A stretch of 64,000 bases of DNA from an uncultured bacterium (GCA_963725235.1 CAVRXN010000002.1:314902-378901), one strand, 5' to 3'. Counted from the first letter of the stretch, positions 26,950 through 36,800 are shown. A program made the numbers and translations. Notes: generated by a model from the letters alone, not told the origin.

Positions 26950-27024
26950 TGGTGGACCCACGGGGAATCGAACCCCGACCTGCTAGTTGGTAGAAAAGCC
27001 GTGATACCATTTCACCATGGGCCC
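26950..27024 (-). tRNA. aberrant tRNA-like gene with Ala identity (G3:U70), encoded CCA, non-canonical 18-nt anticodon arm
   Basis: Reverse complement GGGCCCA-TG-GTGA-AATGGTA-TCAC-G-[GCTTTTCTACCAACTAGC]-AGGT-CGGGG-TTCGATT-CCCCG-TGGGTCC-A-CCA. Acceptor, D and T arms are canonical; the anticodon arm forms only 3 bp. Confidence 0.5.
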
Positions 27025-27159
27025 ATGTGTACATGAGTCCATGCATAATAACAAAAACATCATTAAAAAATTTATAAGATTTTATGAAGAAAATTTAATA
27101 ATTACGGTCGAAATAGCCAAACAAAAGAAGCCACTTTCGTGGCTCTTTTTATATCATAC

Positions 27160-27606
27160 CTACTCCGCCTTCACCAAAATCTTCAATTCCGCCGTAACGC
27201 CTTTCTTGAAATCGATTGGAATCTTGTATGAGCCGAATTCCTTGATCGGATGATCTAAAGTGATATCAACGCGCTCTTTGGTAATAAGCTTATGTTCGCG
27301 CAGCGCCTTCAAAATCGATTCCTTGTTGACGACGCCGAAAACAGAGCCGTCTTTGCCGTGCTTCAGGTCGAACTCGATGGTCATTTCGCTAACGCGTCGC
27401 GCGAGTGCTTCGAGGTGTTTGTGTAATTCGATCTCTTTCGCATTATGCTCCGCCTTCAACGCCTCGAGTTTTTTCAACGACGTCGCGTTCGCCGGTTCGG
27501 CAAGCTTGTTCGGAAACAAAAAATTGCGCGCATATCCAGCGCTGACATCTTTCACGTCATATTTTTTGCCGACACCGCGAACTTCTTCAAGGATTATTAT
27601 TTTCAT
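27160..27606 (-). CDS. rplI: 50S ribosomal protein L9
   Basis: 148 aa; MKIIILEEVRGVGKKYDVKDVSAGYARNFLFPNKLA. Confidence 0.9.
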   Translation of the reverse strand: MKIIILEEVRGVGKKYDVKDVSAGYARNFLFPNKLAEPANATSLKKLEALKAEHNAKEIELHKHLEALARRVSEMTIEFDLKHGKDGSVFGVVNKESILKALREHKLITKERVDITLDHPIKEFGSYKIPIDFKKGVTAELKILVKAE

Positions 27607-27622
27607 TTTTCCTTTAAATTTA

Positions 27623-27681
27623 TACGAGGAGCTGATTTGATCAGGCCAAATCCCTAAGCCTGGTCAAATCAGCTCCTCGTA
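27623..27681 (-). promoter_or_regulatory. long stem-loop between rpmA and rplI
   Basis: About 22-bp inverted repeat TACGAGGAGCTGATTTGATCAGG / CCTGGTCAAATCAGCTCCTCGTA starting right after the rpmA stop; no U-tract. Confidence 0.45.
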
Positions 27682-27954
27682 TTACTTTACGCTGACCATC
27701 GTCGCGGCGCGGCGAGAGCCATCGAACTTTGTTTTCGTTTTGGATGAAAATTCTACGACGCCGTTTTTGCCGGCATACAGCGTGTCATCGTCCGCACGGA
27801 TGACGTTCATGCCCGGCAAATATTTGGTGCCGCGCTGGCGAAGGATGATCTGGCCGACCATGGCTTTCTGGCCATGATTAATTTTGACGCCAAGGCGCTT
27901 TGCGATGGAATCGCGGCCTAATTTGGTAGAACCTATTGCTTTGGTATGTGCCAT
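27682..27954 (-). CDS. rpmA: 50S ribosomal protein L27
   Basis: 90 aa; MAHTKAIGSTKLGRDSIAKRLGVK..ILRQRGTKYLPGMNV. Confidence 0.9.
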   Translation of the reverse strand: MAHTKAIGSTKLGRDSIAKRLGVKINHGQKAMVGQIILRQRGTKYLPGMNVIRADDDTLYAGKNGVVEFSSKTKTKFDGSRRAATMVSVK

Positions 27955-27985
27955 AGTAGAGTCATTTTATGCTAGAATATAGCCA

Positions 27986-28707
27986 ATGTCAACAACAAAC
28001 AAGTTAGTATTGGATATCGAGACGATCGGCGAGGATTTTGACGCACTCGACCACGCGACGCAGGAAAACCTGACGCGCTGGATCAAAAAGGATTCGGACA
28101 GCGAGGATGAGTACAAAATCGCACTGCAGGATCTGAAAAACGGGCTCGGATTCTCGCCGCTTAACGGGCGAGATCGTCGCGATCGGCCTCCTCGATTACT
28201 ACAAAAACGAGGGTGCGGTATATTACCAGGCGCCGGGACAAGAAAACAAAGAGACAAAAGAAGACGGGATACAATTTAAGCAGATGGACCGAAAAAGTGA
28301 TGTTGCAAAAGTTTTGGGAGCTTGCGACGCGCTATCAGGTGTTCATCACATTCAACGGTCGCGCGTTTGACATGCCGTTCATCATGGCACGGTCGGCGAT
28401 CCACGGCATCCGGCCGACGAAGGATTTGATGCGTGGGCGATACTTGTATCAAAATAATCCGGACGCTTTGCATATTGACCTGCTCGAGCAGCTTTCATTT
28501 TACGGCGCGACGCGGCGCAAGGGGAGTTTGCATCTTTGGTCGCGTGCGTTTGGCATCGAAAGCCCGAAATCAGCTGGCATCACCGGTGATGACGTCGGGC
28601 CGTTGTTCAAGCGCGGCAAATTTCTCGACATCGCGCGCTACAACGTCGGCGACATCCGTGCGACACGGGAGCTGTATTCGAAGTGGGAGCAATATTTGAG
28701 TTTTTAG
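27986..28707 (+). CDS. RNase H-like 3'-5' exonuclease domain protein, frame-disrupted (two +1 shifts)
   Basis: LVLDIETIG (exo I). Continues as TGEIVAIGLLDYYKNEGAVYYQ.. in the next frame, then EKVMLQKFWELATRYQVFITFNGRAFDMPF.. (track ORF 28213..28707) with YNVGDIRATRELY. Confidence 0.65.
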
Positions 28708-28717
28708 GGTGTGTCTA

Positions 28718-29817
28718 GGTTCAGATACATATGAGACAGTTAGGTTTGTAAGATAACGACGTTTTTGGTTGGTAGTCCATTCGCTTTGATCTTGAGGGAA
28801 TATTCGTTGGGCGTGAGCTGTCCCAGTGATTCATGCGGCCTCACCGTGTTCCAGATGTTCTCCCAGTCCCTGATCCTCCGCTGCATGACGGGTAACAGAG
28901 AAGATACGTTCCCTTGCTGGTAAAATTCGCGTTCATCGGCGCCATGTGACCGTTCGACGTAGGTGTTTTCCTTTGGAGTACGGGGATGGATAAAGTACTG
29001 CGTGATCGATCGCGCCTTACATGCCCGCTCGAATTCTTTCTGAAATGGCGCGCCATTGTCCGTCTGTATCGCCTCAATGGGATACGGGAATGACATCACG
29101 CATTCCCCAAGGAATCGTGCGCCGCTCCGTGATGATTGCGACGGGTAGACTCTGAGTACGCGCCGCTTCGAAAGGACATCAATTGCGGTGAATTGGAAGA
29201 ATTTCCGTCCGCCGGGAAGCATGATGTATTTTGTATCCATCTGGATGAGCTGCCCTTCGTAGTGGATGCGCAATCCCCTGGGAAAACGAAGCTTGGGGCG
29301 CAACGCAGACTTCCGCTTCTTGCGTGAAACTTTCCGGTCAATGAGGCCTCTTCGTTTCAAGATCCTGCCGACCGTGCTCGCCGAGACGATGATTCCTTCA
29401 CGTTTGAGCATCACGGCAAGCTTGTATTTCGACCATGCCGGATATTGCTTGCGCAAGGCGACAGCCCGTGTGATGACTGGCCATGGCGTTGTTGGTTTGC
29501 GCAATCGTTTCGGTTTGCGCGAACGTTCATTCAAGCCGAGAACGCCCCGATCCGCACATCGTTCAAGCCAGCGGATGAGCGTCATGCGCCCGATGCCGAA
29601 ATGCCGGGCAGTGAGCGATTGGTTTTTCCCATGTGCCCGATGCCAGTCGAGAATCTTGATGCGACGCTTTGCCTGTTCAGTGAGTTTGTCTGCGAGGGCG
29701 GAAGATGCTGCGATACTCCCTGCCCCCGGAAGGAGGTTGCCGTATATGGTCATACGGCAACCCTGATATTTTCCTTTCATATTTTCAAGGGTCTGCTTGT
29801 ATCATATGTTATGGACC
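28718..29817 (-). mobile_element. IS element, rve (DDE) transposase, distinct from the first copy
   Basis: Imperfect terminal inverted repeats GGTTCAGATACATATGAGACAG (28718..28739) versus the reverse complement of 29796..29817 (about 17 of 22 positions match); a single intact transposase ORF. Confidence 0.6.
28740..29780 (-). CDS. integrase-core (rve) transposase, IS481/IS3-like
   Basis: 346 aa; HTH (ARHFGIGRMTLIRWLER), DDE core (IQMDTKY.., AIQTDNGAPF, ..ERSHGADEREFY). Confidence 0.8.
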   Translation of the reverse strand: MKGKYQGCRMTIYGNLLPGAGSIAASSALADKLTEQAKRRIKILDWHRAHGKNQSLTARHFGIGRMTLIRWLERCADRGVLGLNERSRKPKRLRKPTTPWPVITRAVALRKQYPAWSKYKLAVMLKREGIIVSASTVGRILKRRGLIDRKVSRKKRKSALRPKLRFPRGLRIHYEGQLIQMDTKYIMLPGGRKFFQFTAIDVLSKRRVLRVYPSQSSRSGARFLGECVMSFPYPIEAIQTDNGAPFQKEFERACKARSITQYFIHPRTPKENTYVERSHGADEREFYQQGNVSSLLPVMQRRIRDWENIWNTVRPHESLGQLTPNEYSLKIKANGLPTKNVVILQT

Positions 29818-30244
29818 AGTACAGGGTGTTGACTATTATTCGGAATGGCGTAGTCTATAAGAAGAGCGAAAAAAATATAACAAATTGAGAGTTTTAGCTC
29901 AGGTCATTTCGTCAATTCAGTCGGTCATACCTCCCCCAATTTTCTTAAAAAGGAGAACTTAGATTGGCAAGAAGGATTGAGAAACTTCAAGCCGGCAGAA
30001 TCGCCGCTTTTCATCGTCCCGATAGATGGGATCCAATTGTGGCTCCGATTGCAGCAGGGGGGATGCCTTCGTCGGCGTCTCTAATGCAGATCGCACTTGC
30101 ACAGTTGAGGATGCCCGGAGAAATTCCTCCACAAGCGCTTCGTGGGCCGTTACGTCCACCGGGACCTTTTTCCGGAGAATCATAGTTTCAAACAGTGGGC
30201 ATCCTCCGGGGTGCCCTATTTTTTTCTTTCGAACTGCCGAAAAA

Positions 30245-30274
30245 GAAAACCGCTTTGTTAAGCGGTTTTCTTTT
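30245..30274. terminator. bidirectional hairpin terminator
   Basis: 11-bp stem GAAAACCGCTT/AAGCGGTTTTC flanked by A-run and T-run; overlaps the 3' end of the 30258..31196 gene. Confidence 0.5.
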
Positions 30275-31196
30275 GCTGAGGCCCCATGGCCGAAGAGAGC
30301 GGAGTCGGTGCACTTGCTTGGCTGTTATTCGTGGCGGTCGTTCCGGATGATTGAGTATTCATCTGGAGCGGCTGCTGCTGAATCGGTCTCTGCGGATTGT
30401 TTGAGGTCGCAACAGTGCGAACAGTCGGCTTCTCCTCGCTGTCATCCCACCAGAGCCAGATTGCGATCGCGGCTATGATAAGAATGATAACGACGATGAG
30501 CGGCCAGTTCAGCTTGCTCCATGCGAATGACGAAGACGCCTGCGCGGTCTGCGGCTGCTGTGTCGCTGGAGTTGTCGCTGCGACTGGAGCCGTTGTCGGC
30601 GTGGTCGCTGCTGCGGACGGACCGGTTGTCGGGTTCGCTTGCGCAACACCCGTACCAGTCATCGAACCGCTTCCGGTTGAACCAGTTGAGCCGGTTGAGC
30701 CCATAGCCATCGAGCCCGTACTCGGGGATGTCATCGCAATGTTGCTGCTCTGGATTTCGTTGCCAATCGTGCCGAGCGTTGTCGCGATGCCCTGAAGGGT
30801 CGAAACGAAGCCAGCTGGATTCGAACCAACGAGTTGCGGATTGGCTGCCACCTCGGATTGGATGGTTGCGAGCGTCGTCCGCAATCCATTCAAAGCCGTG
30901 CTGACCGAAGCGATCTGGGCTGCGGTAAGCGTAAGCTGTGTCGTCGCCGTTGTCGGGGTCACGGTTACGCTAACAGCCGGAGCCGGCGTTGTCGCACCCG
31001 GCAGTGAATTATCACCGGCCGGAACCTGGCCTTCCTCCATCTGCAACTGGATCAGCTGCGCCTTCGCAACCTGAAGCTCCTGTTGCATTGCGGCGGCTTG
31101 CGACGGCGTAAGCGACTGGGCATTGGCTAAGGTCGCGGTTAATCCAAAACTCGCAATGGCGATCAATGTTGCTGCGAGAATCAATATTTTTTTCAT
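30258..31196 (-). CDS. secreted low-complexity (Thr/Ala/Ser/Gly-rich) protein with C-terminal TM anchor
   Basis: 312 aa; signal peptide MKKILILAATLIAIASFGLTATLANA; late TM helix WPLIVVIILIIAAIAIWLWW. Confidence 0.6.
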   Translation of the reverse strand: MKKILILAATLIAIASFGLTATLANAQSLTPSQAAAMQQELQVAKAQLIQLQMEEGQVPAGDNSLPGATTPAPAVSVTVTPTTATTQLTLTAAQIASVSTALNGLRTTLATIQSEVAANPQLVGSNPAGFVSTLQGIATTLGTIGNEIQSSNIAMTSPSTGSMAMGSTGSTGSTGSGSMTGTGVAQANPTTGPSAAATTPTTAPVAATTPATQQPQTAQASSSFAWSKLNWPLIVVIILIIAAIAIWLWWDDSEEKPTVRTVATSNNPQRPIQQQPLQMNTQSSGTTATNNSQASAPTPLSSAMGPQQKKTA

Positions 31197-31283
31197 AATT
31201 ATTTAATGTTATTCTGTGACGGCCTTTGAAACAAAAATATAAAGCTGTCAAAGAACGATGGTAAATTAGCTGCCCTGATTATA

Positions 31284-32420
31284 CTAGAGGTTTTCAGCCA
31301 GTGCAACTTCGAGCGGAACGATGGCAAACGGGGAATAGCGCATTTCCGCATAAGCCCGAATCAGGGCTTTTAATATCTTTATAATGAACGCAGTGTCGGC
31401 GGTCACGCCAAGCTTTTTCGCCGCCGCGATTTCGTCGCGCGTCAATTCTTTTTCGAACGTCATTTCGAGCGCCGGATTGATCTTTAGCGAGAGAATTTTG
31501 CGGAGATAATGGATAAGATCTTTCGTAAATTGGACCAGGTTATGGCCTTCATCTTGCAGCTCGGCAATCTGCACGAGTGCAGCCTTGATGTCTTTTGCAA
31601 GGATCGCCGTTGCGAGGTCATGAACCTTCGCGATACCGGTGCGCCCGGTGATCCGTTCGGCGGTTGCGAGGTCGATCGTTGCGCCGGACTTTTTGCCGTT
31701 GGCACCGGCAATGGTCGCGCCTGCGAGCGAGGCGATTTGGTCGAGCAGCGATTCGGCGTCGCGCGCGCTTCCCTCACCGGCGGCGGCGATGAGTTCGAGC
31801 GCGGCTTCATCAATTTTTAATTTCTCCGCGCGCGCGATCGTCGACAGTTTTTCCATGATCGTCGCCTTGGATAATTTTCGAAAAACAAATCGCTGGGCGC
31901 GCGACGTTATCGTCGCCGGCAATTTTTCGAACTCGGTTGTCGCGAGGACAATGACGGAATGCACCGGCGGCTCCTCCAAAGTTTTTAATAACGCATTGAA
32001 CGCAGCGCCGGTCAACATATGCGCCTCATCTATAATATACACTTTGTGCGCCGCGCTCGTCGGCGCAGTGCGGATATTTTCTTTCAAGTTACGGATCTCA
32101 TCAATGCCGCGGTTTGAGGCTGCGTCGATCTCGATGACGTCAAATGAATTTTGCGCATCAATCGAGAGGCACTCGCGACATTCGTTGCACGTCTCACCAA
32201 GCTTCGCGAACTCCGGATCATCGCGCCGGCGCTCACAATTCAATAATTTTGCGAGCAATCGAGCGGTTGTCGTTTTTCCCGTTCCGCGCGAGCCGTAAAA
32301 AATATATGCCTGGCCGAGCCGCCCGGCAGCGGCAGCGTTCCGCAGAATTTCTACATTCGTTTCCTGACCGAGGACGTCCTCAAGTTTTTTCGGCCGATAT
32401 TTACGATAAAGGGCTTGCAT
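31284..32420 (-). CDS. dnaX: DNA polymerase III subunit gamma/tau
   Basis: 378 aa; YRPKKLEDVLGQE, GSRGTGKTTTARLLAK, Zn module CNECRECL, IIDEAHML, SRAQRF. Confidence 0.9.
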   Translation of the reverse strand: MQALYRKYRPKKLEDVLGQETNVEILRNAAAAGRLGQAYIFYGSRGTGKTTTARLLAKLLNCERRRDDPEFAKLGETCNECRECLSIDAQNSFDVIEIDAASNRGIDEIRNLKENIRTAPTSAAHKVYIIDEAHMLTGAAFNALLKTLEEPPVHSVIVLATTEFEKLPATITSRAQRFVFRKLSKATIMEKLSTIARAEKLKIDEAALELIAAAGEGSARDAESLLDQIASLAGATIAGANGKKSGATIDLATAERITGRTGIAKVHDLATAILAKDIKAALVQIAELQDEGHNLVQFTKDLIHYLRKILSLKINPALEMTFEKELTRDEIAAAKKLGVTADTAFIIKILKALIRAYAEMRYSPFAIVPLEVALAENL

Positions 32421-32501
32421 TAGCTATAGGATACGCAATTTTGCCAACAAAAACAATCTTATGCACAGATGTAACGAAAATGTAATCATTTTTGCTCTAT
32501 A

Positions 32502-33767
32502 ATGAGAGCAACGGGTCGACGGCACCAGTTTTTTGCCGTTGACAATATTTTCATGCCGACTAAGCGCACCACAACAAAAAAGCCGAAACAGAAGAAGTTA
32601 AGTTTGAGTGCGCGTTTGAAAATGCACGCCGGTCAGCGTAAGACGCATGCGATAGCGAAGCCGAAATCAAAGGCAAAAGCAATACGACCTGCAAAATTAA
32701 AAAAGAAAGCACCGGTTCTACCGCCGGTCGCACATGCGAATCCCGATCTGCTTCGGAAGCACGACGCGAATCCGATTATCGAACCGCGAGCGAGGAATTA
32801 TTGGGAGATGAAAGCGACCTTCAATCCGGCGGCGGTATATGCCGACCGGCGTGTGCATCTATTATATCGCGCGATCGGCGGCGATGATATTTCCGTTTTA
32901 GGATATGCGGCGAGCAGCGATGGGATGTCGATTGATGAACGATCTGAAGAACCGGCGTTTACACCGATCGTAAAGAAGAAAACGCCGGAGGAAATTGTTG
33001 CGGCGAAAGTTGAAGCGCCCGCATATTCTTCCGGCGGCGGATGGAATGGCGGCTGCGAAGATCCGCGGCTGACGATGATCGACGATAGGATTTATTTAAT
33101 GTACACGGCGTTCGATGGATGGGGTTCGATAAGGATTGCGCTTGCGTCAATCGGTACGGATGATTTTCTCGCGCGGCGATGGCAGTGGAAAAATCCGATG
33201 TTGCTTTCGCCGCCGGGACAGATCCACAAAAATTGGCTTTTGTTCCCCGAAAAGATTAATGGAAAATTTGCCATACTGCACGGGATTACGCCGACCATCA
33301 TGATTGAGTATCTCGACTCACTGGATTTTGACGGCGATGTTTTCATAAAAAGCGAACGGCCTCCGAATGAATATGTTCAAACGAGAAAAGAAGGATGGGA
33401 TAGTCGGTTGCGCGGTGCCGGCCCGCCGCCGATCAAGACGGACGAAGGGTGGTTGCTCTTTTATCATGCGATGGATATGCGCGACCCGAACCGATATAAA
33501 CTGGGAGCGATGATCCTCGCTTTAAATGATCCGACAAAAATTTTATATCGTTCGCAGGCACCGATACTCGAGCCGGAAGAATGGTACGAGAACACGGGTT
33601 GGAAGTCGGGTGTTGTATATTCCTGCGGAGCGGTCGTGAAAGATGGCGAACTCTATGTATATTACGGCGGGGCGGACTCGGTGGTCTGTGTCGCCATGGC
33701 GAATCTGAATGAATTTGTTAACCATTTGAAGAATGAAGGAATCGCAAAATTAACACCGCAAAAATAA
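32502..33767 (+). CDS. GH130 family glycosidase/phosphorylase with basic N-terminal tail
   Basis: 421 aa (alternative start ATG 32553); NPIIEP..WEMKATFNPAAV.., GCEDPRLT, DEGWLLFYHA, VYYGGADS. Confidence 0.8.
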   Translation: MRATGRRHQFFAVDNIFMPTKRTTTKKPKQKKLSLSARLKMHAGQRKTHAIAKPKSKAKAIRPAKLKKKAPVLPPVAHANPDLLRKHDANPIIEPRARNYWEMKATFNPAAVYADRRVHLLYRAIGGDDISVLGYAASSDGMSIDERSEEPAFTPIVKKKTPEEIVAAKVEAPAYSSGGGWNGGCEDPRLTMIDDRIYLMYTAFDGWGSIRIALASIGTDDFLARRWQWKNPMLLSPPGQIHKNWLLFPEKINGKFAILHGITPTIMIEYLDSLDFDGDVFIKSERPPNEYVQTRKEGWDSRLRGAGPPPIKTDEGWLLFYHAMDMRDPNRYKLGAMILALNDPTKILYRSQAPILEPEEWYENTGWKSGVVYSCGAVVKDGELYVYYGGADSVVCVAMANLNEFVNHLKNEGIAKLTPQK

Positions 33768-35719
33768 TGCCATCCATTAAACGCTCGCCCGAAAACCCAA
33801 TCCTAGCGCCGAATCCTGCGGTCCCATGGGAAAGCGCGGCCACCTATAATCCATCGGTCGTCGAAGGCGTCGACGGCAAGATTCACATGTTCTATCGCGC
33901 GACTTCAATGACTGAAAAAGCCGGCGATACGGGCGTATTGATCTCGTCGATAGGGCGCGCCGTAAGCAAAGACGGGATCCATTTTACCGAGCGCGACCAG
34001 CTCGTCTTCCCGATGCGCGACTGGGAAAAGTTCGGCTGCGAAGATCCGCGCGTCACGGAGTTCGAGGGCAAATATTATATTTTCTATACCGCCGTTTCGG
34101 AATTTTCCGCGAACGGCATTAAGGTCGCGCGTCGCGATCACGCGCGACTTGAAAACGATAGACGAAAAACATCTAGTGACGCCGTTCAATGCGAAGGCGA
34201 TGGCGTTGTTTCCGGAGCGGATCGGTGCGGACAAAGATGGCAAGGGCGGCAAGATCGCAGCGCTCCTAACCGTGAACACCGATAAGCCGCCGGCAAAAAT
34301 CTGTCTCGCGCTGTTCGACCGCATCGAAGACATATGGTCGGAAGAATATTGGAAAGAATGGTATGAGCATTTCGAGGATCACGCGCTCGACATCGAGCAG
34401 AATGAGAAGGACCAGCTCGAGCTCGGCTCGGCGCCCGTAAAAACCGAAAGACGGGTGGCTCGTATTTTATTCATATATTTATAATTATTTTTCACCAGCC
34501 GGCGACGTTTGGCGTCCAGGCGATTTTGCTCGACCAACGCGATCCGATGAAAATTGTCGGCGAAGTGAAGCGGCCATTTCTCGTGCCCGAAGATGAGTAT
34601 GAAGCGTATGGCCGCGTGCCGCAAGTCGTTTTTCCATCAGGCGCGCTTATACAAAAAAATCAAATATATCTTTATTACGGCGCGACGGACACGACGTCGT
34701 GCGTCGCGACGATGGAATTGAAAGAGCTTCTCGAGGAAATGAAATTTGTCACGGCGCGGCAATTGGTCCGATTCGAGAAAAATCCGATCATCGTGCCGAT
34801 GGCCGAACACAGCTGGGAATCGAAGGCGACATTTAATCCGGCCGCGGTCTATGAAGGTGGCAAGGTTCGTATCTTTTATCGCGCGATGTCGGATGACAAT
34901 ACGTCGACGATCGGCTATGCGAGCTCAGCAGATGGCGTCGATATCGAAAAGCGTGAAGCCAGATCCGGTCTATGTCCCGCGCGCCGATTTCGAACAGAAG
35001 CATGTGCCCGGCGGGAATTCGGGCTGCGAAGATCCACGCATGACGAAAATCGGTGACGTGCTTTATATGTGCTACACGGCTTTTAACGGCCAAGATCCGC
35101 CGCGCGTCGCATTCACCTCGATCGGCATCCGCTGACATGCTCGACCACAAATGGAACTGGTCGAAGCCGGTTTTGATTTCGCCGCCGGGCCTCGACGATA
35201 AAGATGCGGCGCTTTTCCCGCGAAAAATCGATGGGAAATATTGGTTCCTGCACCGGCTCGGCTCGGATATCTGGATCGATTCAGTACCTGATCTAAATTT
35301 CGACGGCGAGACAAAATTTATCGGTGGAAAAATTTTGATGCGGCCCGCGCGACACAGCATGGGATTCGAAGCGGATTGGTATCAGCGCGCCACCGATCGA
35401 GACCCGCGACGGCTGGCTCTTGCTCTACCATGGAATTTCGAAACGAACGAACCACTATAATATCCGCGCGGCGTTGCTCGATCTCCGCGATCCGTCAAAA
35501 ATTTTATACCGTACGCACGACACATTGCTTGAACCAAAAATGCCGTACGAACGCGAAGGCTTGGTTAATAATGTCGTCTTCCCATGCGGTGCCGTCGTCA
35601 TTCGCAACCAACTTTTCGTCTATTATGGCGGCGCAGATAAATACGTCGCCGTCGGAACGATTGATTTGAAAGCGCTCGTCAGCGGGCTTGTCAAAGAGGC
35701 GAAGTTTCAGGTACAATGA
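33767..35719 (+). CDS. tandem double GH130 glycosidase, frame-disrupted (six +1 shifts)
   Basis: Two GH130 modules (GCEDPRVT.. and GCEDPRMT..) read through frames 2>0>1>2>0>1>2 across track ORFs 33767, 34149, 34526, 34746, 35053 and 35420. Confidence 0.75.
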
Positions 35720-35725
35720 CTCCCG

Positions 35726-36289
35726 ATGGCACTCGCATATACTGATTTAGTCAAGGGAACTTTGTTCATTATGGATGGCGCACCGTACGAGGTGATCGAC
35801 ATGCATTTTTTGCGCATGCAACAGCGGAAGGCGACGGTGCAGACCCGGATTCGCAACTTGATCACGGGCAAATTGCTCGACCGCAATTTCCAGGCGAGCG
35901 ATAACTTCGAGGAAGCCGAGATCGAGCGCAAAAACGCGATGTTTATTTACGCCGCGAAGGGTGAATATTGGTTTCATGCCGAAGGCGATCCGAAAGCGCG
36001 GTTTTCACTGTCCGAAGAACTCGTCGGTGACCAGGGCCAGTTTTTGAAACCCAACACGAAAGTGCAGACGATGGTGTTTAACGACAAAGTTATTAAAGTT
36101 GAAATTCCAATCAAGATGGACTTTAAAGTCATCGAAGCGCCGCCGGCCATCCGCGGCAACACTTCGCAGGGCGGCACGAAAGTCGTCACCGTCGAAGGCG
36201 GCGCGAAAGTAAACGTTCCGCTCTTTATCAACGAAGGCGAGACCATCCGCATCAACACGACGACCGGGGATTATGTGGAGAGAGTGTAA
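35726..36289 (+). CDS. efp: translation elongation factor P
   Basis: 187 aa; typical EF-P (LVKGTLFIMDGAPYEVIDMHFLRMQQRKATVQTRIRNLITGK). Confidence 0.95.
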   Translation: MALAYTDLVKGTLFIMDGAPYEVIDMHFLRMQQRKATVQTRIRNLITGKLLDRNFQASDNFEEAEIERKNAMFIYAAKGEYWFHAEGDPKARFSLSEELVGDQGQFLKPNTKVQTMVFNDKVIKVEIPIKMDFKVIEAPPAIRGNTSQGGTKVVTVEGGAKVNVPLFINEGETIRINTTTGDYVERV

Positions 36290-36292
36290 TTT

Positions 36293-36502
36293 ATGGCAAT
36301 AAAATACGATAAATCAGTTGATGCTTTATATATCACCCTTAAAAAGGGGAAGGTTTCTAAGACCAAAGAGGAAAGTGGCTATCTTGTCGATTACGACAAG
36401 CAAGGCGACTTGCTTGGGGTTGAGATTTTGCATTACTCTAAGAAAGCTCCGGTATTGGGGAAAATGACGGTCGGGAAGATTGCGAAGTCGGTTGCTGGAT
36501 AA
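36293..36502 (+). CDS. DUF2283 domain protein
   Basis: 69 aa; MAIKYDKSVDALYITLKKGKVSKTKE..VDYDKQGDLLGVEILHYS matches the DUF2283 pattern. Confidence 0.7.
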   Translation: MAIKYDKSVDALYITLKKGKVSKTKEESGYLVDYDKQGDLLGVEILHYSKKAPVLGKMTVGKIAKSVAG

Positions 36503-36558
36503 GAAAAAGGCGCAGTCGAGTGAACGACCGCGCCGAGTAACAAGGTAGAGGAATAAAA

Positions 36559-36759
36559 TCATCTAGCCCTTCGACGAGAAAACAAAAGAGTGCGCATTCC
36601 ATGGATGGACACCGTACCGATTGCTCCCGCAAGAACATACGGATAGTCTTCGTGTAGACCAATGTATTGCGCGACGCGGTAGGCGAGAAAGCCCATAAGG
36701 ACTGCTACGATGGCAACCGCCAAAAACTTTCCAATCAAGATACCTAATCTTTGGGGCAT
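36559..36759 (-). CDS. small membrane protein (66 aa)
   Basis: GGAG RBS 8 nt upstream of the internal ATG at 36759; two hydrophobic helices; the longer track start would overlap the mnmA start. Confidence 0.4.
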   Translation of the reverse strand: MPQRLGILIGKFLAVAIVAVLMGFLAYRVAQYIGLHEDYPYVLAGAIGTVSIHGMRTLLFSRRRAR

Positions 36760-36800
36760 CGAAAAACTCCTGAATAGGAATTTACCCTTTATATAAAAGA

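Noticed and set aside
29959-30185. Two mutually antisense ORFs of about 74 aa between the second IS and the low-complexity surface-protein gene
   Set aside because: Neither has a convincing RBS or motif, and I cannot choose a strand. They are left unannotated. The region may instead contain remnants of the IS target or a promoter.
30397-31074. Plus-strand ORFs (132, 61 and 77 aa) within 30258..31196
   Set aside because: They are antisense to a signal-peptide-bearing low-complexity gene, and the repetitive GC-rich codons keep the opposite strand open.
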